In this document: positions 62,091 to 64,000 of the stretch, one piece after another
Position numbering within the stretch: the first letter of the stretch is position 1
Layout: the number at the start of each line of letters is the position of its first letter
DNA from: Dipteris shenzhenensis
Taxonomy: Eukaryota
DNA length: 64,000 nucleotides
Assembly (NCBI GenBank): GCA_047967505.1
Contig: CM106538.1
Strand: one strand, 5' to 3'
The notes under the pieces: model-generated
Told to the model about the DNA's origin: nothing
Database searches by the model: none
Seen by the model: the letters and a program-made list of their open reading frames with translations, nothing else
Translations under genes and position numbers: made by a program

Positions 62091-63769
62091 CGATAAGTAC
62101 AAATAAAGTAGAACGGAGGAAAAATAAAGACATTAAGTGTATGAGAATTTAAACGGATAAAATAAAGATGTGATTCAAGTGTATGGTAAGAAATGGATGG
62201 CGGAAGATACTAAGTGTATGAAATATAAAGCAAAAGAAATCACTTATCTCGCTCTTTAATCATAGGTAAAAAGGACTAGAGTGGGAGATATGTGACCAAT
62301 GATGTCGCTCGTAGTCGTCTTTGCACTCGACTGATCTCCAATTAATTGTACGGTGATTTCGTGGTTCGAATCGCCTTCTTGATTCAAGTGTCTTCAGATT
62401 TTGCTTCGCTCTCTTTTTTTTATATATAAAATTTAGAGCCTTTACCCTTGCTCCATTTGTATGGTCAAAGGAAAACTTTGACTTGTGGATGTTGAAACCC
62501 ACAGGAACGACGTCGCCAATTCTGAAGGAAAAAGGAACTGTCTACAAATATAGTCTCTGAGAGGCCAGTTAGCTGCTCCTGATTATGGTGCGGTCAATGG
62601 ACTATGGGTTGCACAGCGTGGTCATACAGTGATGCCGTAGAGAGGTGCATGCCGTGCGGGGCAAAATCAATTGCCAATGGACTTCAACAAGGGCCGCCAA
62701 AGTAATGGAGGCTCTGACAGCCTCTCTGGCAACACGACTACACTACATGTGAATAGAGATCGCCAGTGGCTGTAGGTCTCAGGGTCTACACTTTGGCGCA
62801 CGCGATGGCTAGCTGTACTTTGAAAATTGAATAAAGTCAGTGCCGTCGAGGATATCAGATTCGGTTAGAGGCTGTTCAGTGCTCCAAAGTCCATGAGAGA
62901 TGGTGCACACGAAAACCGAAGTCCTGCAGGTGGCTGCAGATTTGCAGATGGGCGCATGCAGTGGAAAACTCTGGTTGGAATTTGTAGTAGATGTGCTAAA
63001 ATGCCGCAGATAAGTGCGCGAAACAAAATTCGAGGCTGCTAGAGTATTAAGGGCAACACGGTTGCACTGTGCACATATCCTTTAATGCAAGGCTGAGCCT
63101 AGGGAAGTAGATGGTGGAACTGCAAGGTGGAACTACAAGCGGGCACCGAGCTGCTGTGAGCCGCTACTCTCACTGGTGACTCCTAAGTCCTGACTACTTG
63201 AAGGCACAGAATCCGATTAGTTAAGACATAGGCTAGCTACGCATTAGGACTCTAGGAGTCTACTTCAAAGTTTGCAAATGATCAGTTGCGGTTCTCCCAA
63301 GATGACGATGCTAGCCTGAGTACTTGGCGCGATCTTCAAGGCTCAAGACCTAAAGCTCAATGCGCACTTTCCTGAATGCAAAATTTTCTCTCCCCCATAA
63401 CCACAAGCTTTATGTCGGCATAAGTGTCACATAGTCCTCTTGAATCTTCCAAAGGACTTCTCTCTCTTTCAATTTCCACATGAGGGAGCTTCTCTTTGAT
63501 TCCTTTGCAAGAGCGTGACCAAGGCTCTGATACCACTGAAACCAAGAGGTAATCTTTTCAACACATGAATTCACCACATAATCAATTCGAGAAGAAGAAA
63601 CACAATCACACCATGAAAGCGACAGTAGAATGGGCACAATCTCCCCCCCTAGATGAGTGGCTCACGCTTCCTCATCTAGAGTATTTATGATATTTCATAA
63701 AAGCACCAAGGAGCCAAAATTATCCCTCTCATCCATAAATGAGGGATTTGCTTTACATAGCCATCTTAG

Positions 63770-64000
63770 TGTGAAGATAGTCAGAGAGAAGGAAGGAGTC
63801 TCACTTGCGGCTTTCTCACATACACAATGGGGGAATACACACAAAGGTGGAGGCAAAAAACAGTTTTCCTCTTCTTAGTTGTGAACCCTATATGTGGGTC
63901 TCAAACAAAACTCATCTAACTAAGGTGACATACAAACTGAGCCATGAACTAGAGTACATAAGGATAGCTGTCATCTAGCTATTATTCATGGGCGGTGTAC
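63770..64000 (-). mobile_element. Copia family A LTR inserted into the Gypsy 5' LTR (runs off window)
   Basis: TGTGAAGATAG...GGAGTCTCACTTGCGGC matches the family-A LTR, with an internal ~35-bp deletion. The left flank CTTAG (63765-63769) is the expected TSD. Confidence 0.92.

Larger units (their letters stand above)
51461..63769 (-). mobile_element. Ty3/Gypsy chromovirus; 3' LTR 51461-52184, 5' LTR from 63537 interrupted at 63770
   Basis: LTR match of TGAAACCAAGAGGTAATC... at 51461 and 63537. PBS TGGTATCAGAGC at 63524-63535, PPT AAGCAAGAGGGA at 52185-52196, and gag-PR-RT-RH-INT-chromodomain order. Confidence 0.95.

Overview
Land-plant nuclear DNA (spliceosomal GT-AG introns, TTTAGGG-type telomeric repeats, tRNA-Met/Asp-primed LTR retrotransposons; a fern-like or other non-angiosperm lineage is only a guess), made up mostly of transposon-derived sequence. 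It holds one intact host gene, a 6-coding-exon O-fucosyltransferase-family gene (35868-38742, +, 555 aa). Positions 1 to ~11.5 kb look like one decayed DNA transposon. It has a spliced Sola2-like DDD transposase (+), a 187-bp tandem array in which six units have a segment replaced by telomeric repeats, a convergent RING-H2 gene (-), and a promoter or terminal region with about 19 copies of an 18-bp palindrome. The rest contains two Copia families, an Athila-like LTR/PBS, a chromodomain Gypsy with nested Copia insertions, a LINE ORF1 relic, a CACTA relic and MITEs. The Copia family with 353-bp LTRs is represented by four insertions plus an inverted internal fragment. There are also two copies of an unusual ~0.8-kb foldback element. 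A paralogous empty site suggests it inserts without a target-site duplication, and its internal palindrome arms evolve in concert. All assignments come from reading motifs by eye; no searches were run.
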